Part shown: one piece after another, positions 37,766-51,093 of the stretch
Layout of the letters: the number at the start of each line of letters is the position of its first letter
Numbering within the stretch: the first letter of the stretch is position 1
Source: Octopus vulgaris
Taxonomy: Eukaryota
DNA length: 64,000 nucleotides
Direction: 5' to 3'
NCBI GenBank assembly: GCA_951406725.2
Contig: OX597817.1
Location: 156,240,001-156,304,000 of the forward strand
Notes under the pieces: generated by a model
Database searches by the model: none
Told to the model about the DNA's origin: nothing
The model's input: the letters and a program-made list of their open reading frames with translations, nothing else
Translations under genes and position numbers: made by a program

Positions 37766-38799
37766 CAAAGAAAGCTGCTTATTAAGTAGTTAAATTAAAT
37801 AACTTTTACTGAAAGAAAGCTATTATTAAAGTCTAAAATGTCTAGTATATTATTCTTTTACTTGTTTCAGTCATTTGACTGCGGCCTTGCTGGAGCACCG
37901 CCTTTATATAGTTATTAGTGTTTGATAAATTCATTCACCCCCCCACTTAAAGCTAGCCACACTTTTTTTTTTAATACTATTGAGTGCTTCTTCCGCAATT
38001 ATGTAACTCCAGCACAATAAATAAATGAATGGATATCTTACATTCGTGGGTGTTACGTGTAATCAGTTAGACAAGGCAGTATAAAATGTCTTAATGTCTG
38101 GGCTGTAGTAACAAATATCACATTTATACTCGCTGCTACCCAAAGTCATGAACAGTAAGCTGACCCGCCAATCAACTCGGCTAATACCTAATTCACCTAG
38201 CTTCCACACTTACTCCCTCCTGTCAGGACCCCATCTACACGCGCCTGGATGAAAGTTGCACTGCCTACAAGTATTCTGTTAGGCGGGGGTGTAGTGTGCC
38301 CTCCCCTTGCTTCTACCCTCCTCTCCTTACCGACTTGCAGCTGTCTGTATTACCACAAGACTGACTTAACATAATATACACCATACGTACTTTATCTACC
38401 CTCCCCTCAAGGTGAACCAAGACTAGCTCATTATGTACAGGGGTTTCTGTTTTCTTATTGTTGCACGTTATTAAATTTAAGCACAAAAATAGACATTTGA
38501 GGTGAGGTGCTTTTTCTTTTATTTTTTATTCTATCATTCATGAGAATTTTAGTGTAAAACAGAGTGAAAGTATTTTTAATTTGATTACTCTTTTTTCTCT
38601 TTTTCGTTTTTGAGAAAGATAGGCAGCTGCAATTCGCAAGGTGGGGTCGGTTAAACAGATCTAGATATATAGATAAAAACGAGATATGAAGGTGAGAGAC
38701 CAGGGACGTATGTGCAAAAAAGCAGGGGGTGGGGTTCTTTGACTGACTGACTGACTGACAGGTAAATAGGATAGACACAGATAGGAAAGATAGATTGAC

Positions 38800-38882
38800 C
38801 TCTCCGTCCATACTTTCCTCCCTTCTTGTTTCTCGTAATAAACTTTTCGAAGTTCAGCTGAAATCTGGGTCACGCCAGCCAT
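38800..38882 (-). CDS. Candidate first coding exon MAGVTQISAELRKVYYEKQEGRKVWTE(R)
   Basis: ATG at 38882, 83 nt, donor AG|gtcaat (weak); preceded on minus strand by (GA)n and unique 5'UTR-like sequence. Confidence 0.5.
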
Positions 38883-39126
38883 AAAATAGTAGTCGGTACT
38901 CTTACTCACTCTTTCGCTCTCTCTCTCTCTCTCTCTTTTTTTTTTTTTTCTCCTCTCCTACTTTTCTTCATATTAGTTTTCGCAATGGTGTGCCAGCTCC
39001 TCGTGTTGGTGTTGGTTGAGCAAACGCTGCCAAATAGTACCATTACCTGTGTGGTGTGGTGAGGTTGGGCTGGGTTTGGTGTATGGACAGCTGTGTTAAT
39101 GTAATAAATAGCATGTGGGCGGAATG

Positions 39127-39485
39127 GTATTTACGTTGTGAGTTCAAATTCCGCCGAGGTCGACTTTGCCTTTCATCCTTTCGGGGTCGATAAATTAAGT
39201 ACCAGTTACGCACTGGGGGGGGGGGTCGATGTAATCGACTTAATACCTATGTCTGTCCTTGTTTGTCCCCTCTATGTTTAGCCCCTTGTGGGTAATAAAG
39301 AAATAGGTATTTACGTTGTGAGTTCAAATTCCGCCGAGGTCGACTTTGCCTTTCATCCTTTCGGGGTCGATAAATTAAGTACCAGTTACGCACTGGGGTC
39401 GATGTAATCGACTTAATACCTATGTCTGTCCTTGTTTGTCCCCTCTGTGTTTAGCCCCTTGTGGGTAATAAAGAAATAGGTATTT
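39127..39485 (+). mobile_element. SINE family C dimer (both 5'-truncated, near-identical)
   Basis: ggtatttacgttgtgagttcaaattcc starts both units. Confidence 0.88.
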
Positions 39486-39992
39486 AAATTGGGTTGGTGT
39501 GTGTTGTTGTTGTTTAGCCCAGATCAACCCTGACCGAACAGACTTAGAAGCTATGGCATTCCAGCCGTGACCGTGCCATCTTTTCACAAATGTCTCGAGA
39601 ACTGGTTAATCCAATGAGTGTGATTTTAGATATATTTGGTTACTGTTTCTAGCAATTCCAGTGGCCAGAAGAGAGATACCCCCTTTGCTTGTTGTGGGGT
39701 GTGTCTGAACCGGTTTAAAATTTTGTTTATTAATTTTTTACTTTATTGATTTTATTGTAATGGTTTTTTTTTTCCTTTTTTGGCTTTATTAATTTCTGTA
39801 CTGACGATAAGGATTTTTACTTAAAGCAAACGTACTCAGGTTTACAAGCAAACTGGCTGAGTGGATAAACTAATTGGAATATCTTGTGGTTCATGAGTTC
39901 GAGTCCGTTGCAGGCCATTCATTTTATTTGTTTACTTGCTTACTTTTTTTTTTTATCATTTAGCTTATGGAATGGTATTTCAAATTTTATTC

Positions 39993-40307
39993 CTTTACTT
40001 GTTTCAGTCATTTGACTGCGGTCATGCTGGAACACCGCCTTGAGTTTTTTTTTTTTTAGTCAAAAAGATCGACCCCCAGGACTTATTCTTTGTAAGCCTA
40101 GTACTTATCCTATGGGTTTCTTTTTGTCGAACCGCTAAGTTATGGGGACCTAAACACACCAAAATCGGTTGTCAAGCAATGGTGGGGGAACAAAGATACA
40201 CACACACACACACACACACACATTGTGTTGGTGTGTGTTGTTGTTTAGTCCAGGTCTTTAGACGGGCTTCTTTCAGTTTCCGTCTACCATATCCCCTCAC
40301 AAGGCTT
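39993..40307 (-). mobile_element. SINE family B, partial
   Basis: Tail and central region match. Confidence 0.8.
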
Positions 40308-41105
40308 TTTACTTGAACCCAGTAGGACAACATACTAAATCCACTCTGGAAGGATTTGAACTCAAAATGAAGAATGACATAACTAAATACTGCAAAACAG
40401 CTTGGTACTCTGTTTCTGCCAACTTGCTGCCGTTAATCCATTTGATACCAACCTGCCCAAGACTACACATGGTTCTGTGGCACAAACCTACTAATTTTAA
40501 CCCTTTGTCACGTAAACTGGCCATATCCAACCCAAATATTCTTGCTGTTATGTGTTCAAACCAGCCACATCCATTATCTCACATCTATGTTACAATGTTA
40601 ATCTTAAAAGAAAAAAATCACATCATTGATATCTTGAAGCTATGAGATAAAGCATGGTTAATTCAAAAGAATTTTAATAAATAAGCATTACATTTGATAG
40701 AATAATGCTAAAAAGCTAAAGTAATATTAATATTGAAATCTTCCATCAAAATTTTATGCTATTTATGTTCCTTTCTTTATTTTTAAAATCAATTGAAAGA
40801 ACAGCGGTTTATTGCAACATAAAAATAATAACAAAAGGGTTTATGTTCATGTATTATAAAAAGTCATTTCTAATTTTATTAGACACAAAACCATAAGTTT
40901 GTAATAGTTGATGCGATTGACCTTGGTGTATTACTGTTACTGTATTAGCTCTGAAAAAGATAAAATATTAAGTTGACATTGGATGGTTTAAAAACCTGTT
41001 AATGTAAGAGGAACTTAATTACACATTGGTTTTAAATTTTGGCACCAGACCAGTAATTTCAGGGTAAAGGGTAAGTTGATTTCTTTGATTCCAGTGCACT
41101 ACTGG

Positions 41106-41489
41106 TGGAAGCACTCCGTCGGTTACGACGATGAGGGTTCCAGTTGATCCGAATCAACGGAACAGCCTGCTCGTGAAATTAACGTGTAAGTGGCTGAGCA
41201 CTCCACAGACACGTGTACCCTTAACGTAGTTCTCGGGGATATTCAGCGTGACACAGAGTGACAAGGCCGGCCCTTTGAAATACAGGTACAACAGAAACAG
41301 GAAGTAAGAGTGAGAGAAAGTTGTGGTGAAAGAGTACAGCAGGGATCACCACCATCCCCTGCCGGAGCCTCGTGGAGCTTTTAGGTGTTTTCGCTCAATA
41401 AACACTCACAACGCCCGGTCTGGGAATCGAAACCGCGATCCTACGACCGCGAGTCCGCTGCCCTAACCACTGGGCCATTGTGCCTCCAC
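41106..41489 (-). mobile_element. SINE family A inserted in an old family C cluster (41030-42870)
   Basis: TSD gcactactggt. Confidence 0.92.
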
Positions 41490-42069
41490 GCACTACTGGT
41501 ACTTGTTTTATCAATCCCAAAAAGGATGAAAGGCAAGGTTGACCTTGATGAAATTTGAACTCAGAATGTAAAAAATGGATGAAATGTCACTAAGCATTTT
41601 GCCCAGCATGCAAACCATTCTACCAGCTCACCAAATTAATTTAACTAAATATTGGTTTCAAATTTTGGCACAAGGCCAACAATTTCAGGGGAGGGGTCAA
41701 GTTGATTACAACATCCCCAATGCTCAACTGGTACTTATTTTATCAACCCCAAAAGGATGAAAGGCAAAGTTGACCTCGGCAGAATTTGAACTCAGATCAT
41801 AAGAACAGATGAATATTACAAAGTACTATGCTTTTAATGTTCCACCATCCATCTTTGATGATTCATCTTTTCATGGATTTTACTGATGTAATTAAAGAAA
41901 ATGGGGTTTTGCTTTCACCAGTGTTGAACAAAAAATTAAGAAAAATAATAAAACTTTATAATTGTAGTAATAATTATTATTATTTCAAATTTTAGCATGT
42001 GACCAATAATTTCATGGATAGAAACAGTAGTCAATTGCATGAAGCTCAGCACTTGACTCTCTCTCTCTC

Positions 42070-42155
42070 TCTTTTACTTGTTTCAGTCATTTGACTGTGG
42101 CCATGCTGGAGCACTGCCTTTAGTTGAGCAAATCAACCCCAGACACACAAACATA

Positions 42156-42193
<38 letters not shown>

Positions 42194-42354
42194 CGACAGG
42201 CTTTTTTCAGTTTCTGTCTACCAAATCCACTCACAAGGTTTTGGTCGGCCCGAGGCTATAGTAGAAGACACTTGCCTAAGGTGCTACGCAGTGGGACCGA
42301 ACCCGGAACCATGTGGTTGGTAAACAAGCTACTTACCACACAGCCACTCCTACA
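42070..42354 (-). mobile_element. SINE family B with internal deletion
   Basis: Head and tail match; middle missing. Confidence 0.85.
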
Positions 42355-42950
42355 CCTGATACTTTATTTTATCACCCCTACAAAAAGTTAAAGGGCAAAG
42401 TTGATCTTGGTGGTATTTGAACCCAGAATGTAAAGAGCTGAAAGAAATGCCACTAAGCATTTTGTTTGATACTCTACCAGCTCACCACATCACCTGATTA
42501 ATGACAATAAGAATTTCTTATAGACACAGGGCCACAGGCTTTGAGGGGAAGTGAGGGTGGGAACAGTCAGTTATATCAATCCTAGTACTTAACTGGTGTT
42601 ATATTTTATTCACCCCTTAGAAAGATGGAAGGTAAAGTCAGCCTTGGTCAGATCTATACTCAGAATGTAACTAAATGCTCCTTTCTACTATAGGCACACG
42701 ACCTGAAATTTTGGGGGAGGGGGCTAGCCAGTTACGCTACTCAGTACTCAACTGGTACTTATTTTATCAACCCCTGAAAGGGATGAAGGGCAAAGTCAAC
42801 CTTGGTGGAATCTGAAGTGAGAAGATGAAGAAGGATAAAATGTTGCAAATCATTTTGTCCTGCAGGCTAACAATAATTCAGAGGTATTTTGCCTGGTATT
42901 TAGTCACCTTTATATTTCTGAGTTCCAGTCCCACCTAGGTCAGCTTTGCC

Positions 42951-43382
42951 AGATCTTTTCGGTTTGAACGGCAGTTTTTAACATAATTTCTAGGTAACCA
43001 AAAAATTTTTAAATCGTATACTGGTAGAATGTGTTTATAAAACATCTTTTTCTCTTGGCTTTATTGAGAAGATTCTATAGGTTGTAAGATATTTGTTGTT
43101 TTTTTTTCTTCAATTTCTGCAATTTCAACCAATCAATGACATCTATTGAGTTAAAAAGCATTCTGTGCTGTATGAATATGTCCCTCGTTTAAGAAACAGA
43201 TTGGGTTTATTTACATTTGTGAAGAAAAAAAGATACCCTTCCCCCACCCCTAACCCTAACCCAAACTAACCCTAACCCTAAAACAGATTGAAATGCAATA
43301 GCTCGATTCTAGGGTCATAATTATGGGTGACAATTTCATATGACACCGCTAGAAAAAACTGTTGTTCAAACCGAAAAGATCC
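42951..43382. mobile_element. Merlin-like MITE
   Basis: Same TIRs as 948-1359; perfect 8-bp TSD gctttgcc; splits a family C SINE. Confidence 0.85.
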
Positions 43383-43645
43383 GCTTTGCCTTTCAGTTTT
43401 CCGGTGTTGGTAAAATAAATATTAATCTAGTACTGTAAGTGATTGAAACCACTGTTTATTCTGTCAGTAATAATAATTTCTGTTCATATCTGTATGATTA
43501 AATGAAGCGCTATGCATGTCCTTATAAAGACAGCAAATGATTTTAAAGGATGTATAGGCTTTTTCATTATCTAAAAAAGCCTGTCTCAAGCCTTACCCCT
43601 TTAACATTCAGATTGCTCTGTCAAATCTAATGCTTATTTATTCAC

Positions 43646-44030
43646 AGGCGCAGGAGTGGCTGTGTGGTAAGTAGCTTGCTTACCAACCACATGGTTTAGG
43701 GTTCATTCCCACTGCATGGCACCTTGGGCAAGTGTCTTCTACTATAGCCTTGGGCTGACCAAAACCTTGTGAGTGGATTTGGTAGATGGAAACTGAAAGA
43801 AGCCTGTCGTATATATGTATATATGTTTGTCTGTGTTTGTCTCCACAACATCGCTTGACAACCGATGCTGGTGTGTTTACGTCCCTGTAACTTAGCAGTT
43901 TGGCAAAAGAGACTGATAGAATAAGTACTAGGCGCTTACAAAGTATAAGTCCTGGGGTCGATTTGCTCAACTAAAAGCGGTGCTCCAGCATGGCCGCAGT
44001 CGAATGACTGAAACTAGTAAAAGAGTAAAA
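43646..44030 (+). mobile_element. SINE family B inserted in a piggyBac-like MITE (~43596-44202)
   Basis: Full length; flanks join to a colinear copy of 47320-47540. Confidence 0.88.
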
Positions 44031-44437
44031 ATTGTTTTGAATTAATCATGTATTATCACATATCTTCAAGATTTCACTGATGTAATTATTTTATTAGTTT
44101 TAGAGTGACAGTGTAGAGGTGTGAGAAGTCAGATCTGGTTGGCCTAAACATAAAACAGGCAGAATGTTTTGGCCAGATATAGCCAGTTTAAATGCTAAAG
44201 GGTTAAAGCCTCATTAGGCTGGAGCTCATCCTAGTTTCAGAGCTGTTAAGCAACTGGGAGTGTAGGACTCCTCATAGCTGTCAGCATTCATTTCCTGCTG
44301 AGTAAACTAGAGTAATGATGGAATTAAATTGACTTGCTCAAAGACTCAATGTCCTGCTTAGTCTGGGAATGAAACCCATAACCTTATCAGGAATCCAGCC
44401 CTGTGACCATTGGGCAATGTATCTGCATTTATATATA

Positions 44438-44993
44438 TGTGGTGGCTGCCCCCTCTTTATCGAGTATGGCCATTGCGCGAAACTTAATCAATTTTGTTAT
44501 CGTGCAATGCCTGTGCGAGAAGATTTTTTTTAAAGTGAGGAAAGGCTGTGCACTGAGTCAATCCCACTCACTAAGCAACAGCAGCCATAATCCGAAAAGA
44601 AGAACAAGTCAACATCATCGGTAACCACTGAGCCGCAGGTTTTATGTCGGAGTTATCCCAGTTACCTGAGTTAGCTTCTCCTAGAAGGATGCCCTAACAA
44701 AGGCTAGGAGTTCTCCACTCCCAATGGTTTAACCGTACGATCGGGTATTCAGTCCGATTATTTCTATGTCCCCGCGCATGATACAGCCTTAAGACATTTA
44801 TTGGATGGCCGTTGACTCTCAAGAGTTCCTCCGCCCTTTGACGGGTTTTGTTTTTCATCCTGCAGGGTGTCCAGTAAACACCCTCCTTACCAAGCAAGCT
44901 TGGTGGGGTTGCCGGTTTAGTCGCCGACAACCCGACCATGCAACAGGTTGTATTGGGTTACATGTTACCAGTAGCACTCGAAAGTGACCTGAC
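44438..44993 (-). mobile_element. Probable non-autonomous RTE-related element
   Basis: GC-richer block flanked by (TA)n; minus-strand gggcatccttctaggagaag resembles an RTE 5'UTR motif as recalled. Confidence 0.4.
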
Positions 44994-47319
44994 ATTATAT
45001 ATATATATATATACACACATACACACTCTGTATATTGCAGCAATGGTAGCAGGGTATTACTAACGTAAATAAAATGTAATAGATGGTCGCAGACATTTTT
45101 AACTTGGAAATGTCTGTTTGATCCATTATGTATAATAATAATAATAATAATAATAATTATGGTAATGATGTTAATAAGTATTATTAATAACTGTTGCGAG
45201 CTTAATTTGGTAACTGTAATAATTAAATTCTTATTTGTAATAATTAATTTAGAGTTAATAATCTGATAGTTGCTGCTTAAAACTAATTAAAATAATAAAG
45301 TTAATCTGAGGAGAGAAAAAGAAAGGAACGAAATAAAAAAGAAAAGAATGTTTCAGACAAGTATTTCAGGTATTCTTAATATTTTTACTGAGAGGAAAAA
45401 ACAAAAACAACCGAATATAAATGCCAGCAGCTTTGGCATGTAAATTCTGTGGAACCATTTTCCATGGATCTTGTTACAGTATTTCTAAGAACTATTGTGT
45501 CCTTGCTCAGTTTGTTGGACTTCTGCCAACAAAGGGGCCTTTATGTAATCACGAGCCAAGGTTGAAGCAGAGTATCTATATAGTTACTCAATCAACTAGA
45601 AAGAGTAGTCAAATCTCTCTTGCTCTCTCCCTCTCTCATAACACTCTGGAATGCAGTAGTGATCTTAAATATGTTTAGTGAAGTACAAAAAGAATAGAAT
45701 GGCTGTGGCTAGATAAGGACTAACCTGGGGTTAGATAATTGTTGTCATCTATACATCTTAGCATTGCCACTAGGAGCCTCTGTGTAATCACTTGATCTGC
45801 TTGAAATTACAGCCCAAAACCTCTTAAATCATACCTTGCAATCTTAAAAAAAAAAGTTGTGGGGAAATACATTAGATAACATAATTCTAGATGCAATGTG
45901 TCTTAATAAAACAAAGGACCCACATAGCTGGAACATCTTTGATCATAACACTGTTAGATCAAGGCTGACCTGGGGCTAAACATTGACACATTGGTAAATG
46001 TGGTGCTAGATGTACAATATCTGGGAGGAAAGAAAGATGAGATGATCGTAGCTAGAACAAATGTACAAAGGGTTTAGGAATTAGGAACCAGTGGGACTGC
46101 TGCTCTATTGGGAGGGGTAGGGTTGAAAAGGTAGAAGGGATGGGTGTGTAGATGCAAATTTATGTGTCAGGCTGTGCATTGTAGTAAACCTGTACAGTTT
46201 GTTGCATGGTCAGGTACTTTGTAGGTGCCACCCTCAGGTACGTTCTGTTGTGTACTTTGGCAAGATTGGCATTACCCTAAGTTGGGTCCATTCTTCCTTC
46301 CTTTGCGCAAATATTGTTCTTTTCTTTGTCCTATTGGATTACTAATAACCCTCCTCACCAGGTTGACCTGGTGGGTGTGCCAGTTTAGTCACTGCTGACC
46401 TGACCATGCAACAAACTGCACAGGGTTGCTACCATTCAGCATTCAGTGGCACCCTGACACACAAGTTTGCATCTACACACCTGCCCCTTATGCTCTTTTT
46501 AACTCTACCCACTCCCAATAGATCAGCATTCCCACTGATTTCTAACCCTTTGTGTGTTTTTCCCACTGACTTTCTTATTCCTTTTATGCTACTCCTTCTC
46601 ATGAAGGACTAACATCTATAACAGTCAGTTACGGTCTCTTACCAAGTGTTAAGCCCATACCTTATTTGTTAAACATTGTTCTTCAGCTTGTTTTATTGCT
46701 CATTAATGCTACACACACACACCTGGATAATCCAGATTGTCTGCATCAGTTTAGTAATTGATATACTAGTAGGACACAGCCCCACCAAAAATACAAACCC
46801 TTGCATTTTCTATGTATGTATGTGTGTGTGTTTTCATTTTTGGTGAGGAAATATTTGCAATCTCCTTAGATATCATACATGCATACACATTGCAATACAA
46901 CTGCATATGGTCAGTTAGTCACTGTACCAAACTATAGTTACTTTATTTGCTATAGTGGAGTCAGTAGAACTACCCAACTAATGTGTGGTAAAAAAATATA
47001 TATGGTGAAGAAAATAATAACTTTGCTTGCAACTGTTACAAGTATTGTTAAATTGCTATTACTAATACTACATATAACTGTTTTGACCTTGTTAAAGTAT
47101 CCTCTCACTGATAAATGTTCTGTATCCTGCTCTAAACACTTTAGCCTCAGCTGTTCTGTTTCACTTAACCTATCTTTTTCCACACTGTCTCTTCTATATT
47201 TTCTAGCATTTCAATTATTTGATTTTGTTGGCATTATCTCCCCTGCTTGTTATTTAGATTTTTTTTTTTTTTAAATCCCACTCAAATGATTTTTTGGTTT
47301 ACTCATTGGATCTGTTTAA

Positions 47320-47540
47320 CCCTTTAGTGTTCGCATTATTCTGCCAAAATGAATCCTTTTTTATCCACGTTGCCTTGAACTAATCATGCATTATCTTAGA
47401 TCTATGAGATTTTGATGAGGTAGCTGTTAATTTTTAAAACGATATTGTAGGATTGGTGTGAGAGACCAGATCTGGCCAGTTTGAACATAAAACAGGTAGA
47501 ATACTTTTGGCCGGATATGGCCAGTTTAAATGCTAAAGGG
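47320..47540. mobile_element. piggyBac-like MITE
   Basis: TTAA|ccctttag ... ctaaaggg|TTAA. Confidence 0.85.
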
Positions 47541-48377
47541 TTAATGAATATGTATCATTTTAATTTTTAATTGTTCATTCACGGTAGCTGTTAATCAAAG
47601 TTTTTCAACCTATTTATATTATGTGAGACCCTGCTGTTGCATTTTTATGCAGACTGCTTCCCCCAAGATATAATTTCTCCTCTGTCATACGGTTGATGAC
47701 CAAAGTTGACTATTCATTACCCACCACCAACCACCACATACATCCCTTTACACTGCTTGTTTGGTTGCTTCACCACATTCGCTAGCAAATGCTGTATAGA
47801 ATAAATAATGAGCAAAACAGAGAGATTATTTTACATATATTTTCACCTCTTTATCTATGATCTAGCTGGAAGCATCTGTTTAATGAATATGCATCATTTT
47901 CATTTTTAATTGTTCATTCACGGTGGCTGTCCAAATATTTCTGCTTTTCTTAGTCATTTGTTAATTGCTATCAAGTGTTCGCCATTTGTATTATTTAAGT
48001 TATAGAAATAAACAGAGAATAATTTGGAATATATTTTTTCTTTTATTCTAAGTTTGTCAATGCCTCTTGTAATTAAAACAGGAAGTCATTATGGTCAGTT
48101 AGTTGTTAGATTAAGAATTAGACAGATTGCCAAACAATCATTTATTTTTTTGGTGATGATGATGATGATGATAGAAGTTGCCATCATGTAATCTTTCTTT
48201 CTCCTCCCCACCTTTTTTTGCAATATAAACTAGTTTGGTAACAGTTGTTTTACAATTAATTAATTATTTATGGTTTTTTTTTTGTTGTTGTTTTAAGTGT
48301 TGAATAGCTCTTGTATATTCTCTGGAGATTGTGACATGGTCGTGGTGGTGGTGTTGGTGATATTTAATTATTGAAAA

Positions 48378-48610
48378 GGCGGCGAGCTAGCAGAAACGTT
48401 AGCACACCAGGCGAAATGCTCAGCGGCATTTCGTCTGTGGCTACGTTCTGAGTTCAAATTCCGCCGAGGTCGACTTTGCCTTTCATCCTTTCGGGGTCGA
48501 TAAATTAAGTACCAGTTACGCACTGAGGTCGATATAATCGACTTAATCCATTTGTCTGTCCTTGTACGTCCCCTCTGTGTTTAGCCCCTTGTGGGTAGTA
48601 GAGAAGTAGG
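48378..48610 (+). mobile_element. SINE family C, full-length monomer
   Basis: TSD tatttaattattgaaaa. Confidence 0.92.
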
Positions 48611-50031
48611 TATTTAATTATTGAAAAGTAACAATAAATGTCTTTCTATCCTCTTCATGTGACATGCTTTGGTACCACTTTCAGTTTTGCAGTCTATTTG
48701 TCTGTAAATCTTAAATCTGTACTTTTCATTTGTAATAATGGTTTCTTATTTAAGCACAAGGCCAGCAATTTTGAAGGGAGAAGGGATAGTCAATACCATC
48801 AAGACCATTAGTTGACTGGTACTATATTGACCTAAGTGGGATACAGGCAAATTTGACCTCAGAGAATTTTGAATTCAGAAGGTAACAATCCAGAAAAAAT
48901 ATCACAAGGCATTTTTTTTTTCAGTACTCTAATGATACTACTGGGCAGAGTATCAATGGGAAGGAGGTGCAGGGATTGCTAGGACGAATTACTAAAATGG
49001 TGAGGGTTTTACATTGATTATGATTGGATGACAAATGGGAACAGACAAGAATATGAATAATGATAAATGATTGAGCAAATTAGCTTAGTCAAGAAAATCT
49101 CTATAAGAGATGGAAGCAGTAACTATACAGAGGAGTAATGCTTATTGCCACTTAAACATGGCTGTTCCATAGGAGCCAACTTTACTGCTCTTTTTAACCC
49201 CAGGAGGATATCTCCTCCAACTGGTTGGTTATTCAGTGCAATCTGCACCTGATATATATTGCAAGCAGGGGGAGTGAACCCCTACCATCTTGCAGCCACG
49301 AGACCATCAGACCTTACAGTTTCAACCTCTTTGTGGCCATCCTCGGTGGTGGATACTTGTCTGCTAGAGATAGCAGTTGTTCACTCCGGCTCACAATATG
49401 TAGAGAACAATTGACAAACAGTTATTCATCTTGCAACAAGCAAATTAGCTGGTTAGGAAATCTCTGTAAGAGATGAAAGTGGCAACTGTACAGAGAAGCA
49501 ATGCTTATCGCCACTTCAACATGGCTATTTCGTAGGAAGTGATGTTACTGCTAAAAGCAGTAAAACTAGTACTAAGCATTACTCCTCATTGTATAGAAAA
49601 GAAATATGTGTATAGATGCAGAGGCATAGATATGGCTGTGTAGTTTCACTCACTTTGCTACTGCATGGCTTCAGGTTTGGTCCTGGTGCCTGATACCTTG
49701 GCCAAATGTCCTCTACTATAAGCCCCAGGTTGACTAATGCCTTGTGAATGAATTTGGTTGATGGAAACTGTGCAGAAGCCCATCATGTGTGTATATGTGT
49801 GTGTATCTTTGTATTTGTGCACCTCTCCACCTACTGACAACCTGTGTTGGTTTGATTACGTCCTTGTAACATAGCAGTTCACCAAAAGAGGTTAATAGAA
49901 TAAATGCCAGAGTTAAAAAAACAAAAAAAAATGTACTGGAGTCGATTTGCTCAACCAAATCCTTTCAAGGTGGATCCCTAGGCTCTTATTAATTCAAGCT
50001 ACATTAGTTTTTATAGGTTCAGTAGAGTAAA

Positions 50032-50425
50032 TCTTTATATATAAAAGTGAAGTTGTGTGTCTGTCTCCTACGATTTAGATTCCTAACTACTCCCTCATTT
50101 TGCGGTGCAGTTTAACCAAAACCGGGTATCTTATAGTCGTGATTCATATCGAGCCCTTCTGGGTATTAGCGCACGTCTACGATGAGTCTACGATTAAAAA
50201 AATAATTTACCATAATTTTTTTCCATTTTAATGCATTTTTTCGCTATTATATAAGGGAAGTAACTTTCTAAAAATGTCTACGATGAGTCAACGATTTAAA
50301 AAAAATTTACCATTTTTTCCCCATTTTTAATGCATATTTTTGCTATTTTTTGGCTATAACTCTCTAAAAATGCTTATATAGTTATTTCCCTTACAAACCC
50401 GAGCAACGCCGAGCGATACTGCTCG
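50032..50425 (+). mobile_element. Non-autonomous Helitron (5' type 2)
   Basis: Reverse complement of 4498-4978; terminal CTAG mutated to CTCG. Confidence 0.85.
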
Positions 50426-50739
50426 TAAATAATAAAAAAGATGCTTACTACTGTCATAGTGTCCTACCTCTGCATGCTCCAATTTGCCTGACTGTATGTA
50501 AAACAGGTTCTATACTCCATGGTTAAGTGATTTCTGTGTATAAGTGTGTGTGTGTGTGTATATGTATGTATGTACGCGCGCGCGCACACACACACACACA
50601 TATGGGTGTGTCCCCCAAATGTTCCAAAGAGTGGGACAACTCTTACACTTGATTAGGAAACCCAACATACATTCAAGGACTGCCTCTCCAACTATCAAAT
50701 GCAAGTTCTTTGCCTGAATTCTTTTAATAATCTACTGGT

Positions 50740-51093
50740 ACCATCCGATCGTGGCCGTTCGCCAGCCTCGTCTGGCACCTGTGTCGGTGGCACATAAAAA
50801 ACACCATCCGAGCATGCCCGTTCGCCAGCCACGTCTGGCACCTGTGTCGGTGGCACATAAAAAACACCATCCGAGCGTGGCCGTTCGCCAGCCTCGTCTG
50901 GCACCTGTATCGGTGGCACATAAAAAGCACCCACTACACTCACGGAGTGGTTGGCGTTAGGAAGGGCATCCAGCTGTAGAAACACTGCAAGATCTGACTG
51001 GTCTGGTGCAGCCTTCGGGCTTGCCAGACCCCAGTTGAACCGTCCAACCCATGCTAGCATGGAAAGCGGACGTTAAACGATGATGATGATGAT
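50740..51093 (+). mobile_element. SINE-like family D
   Basis: Three ~62-bp modules then conserved body and (GAT)n tail. Confidence 0.85.
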
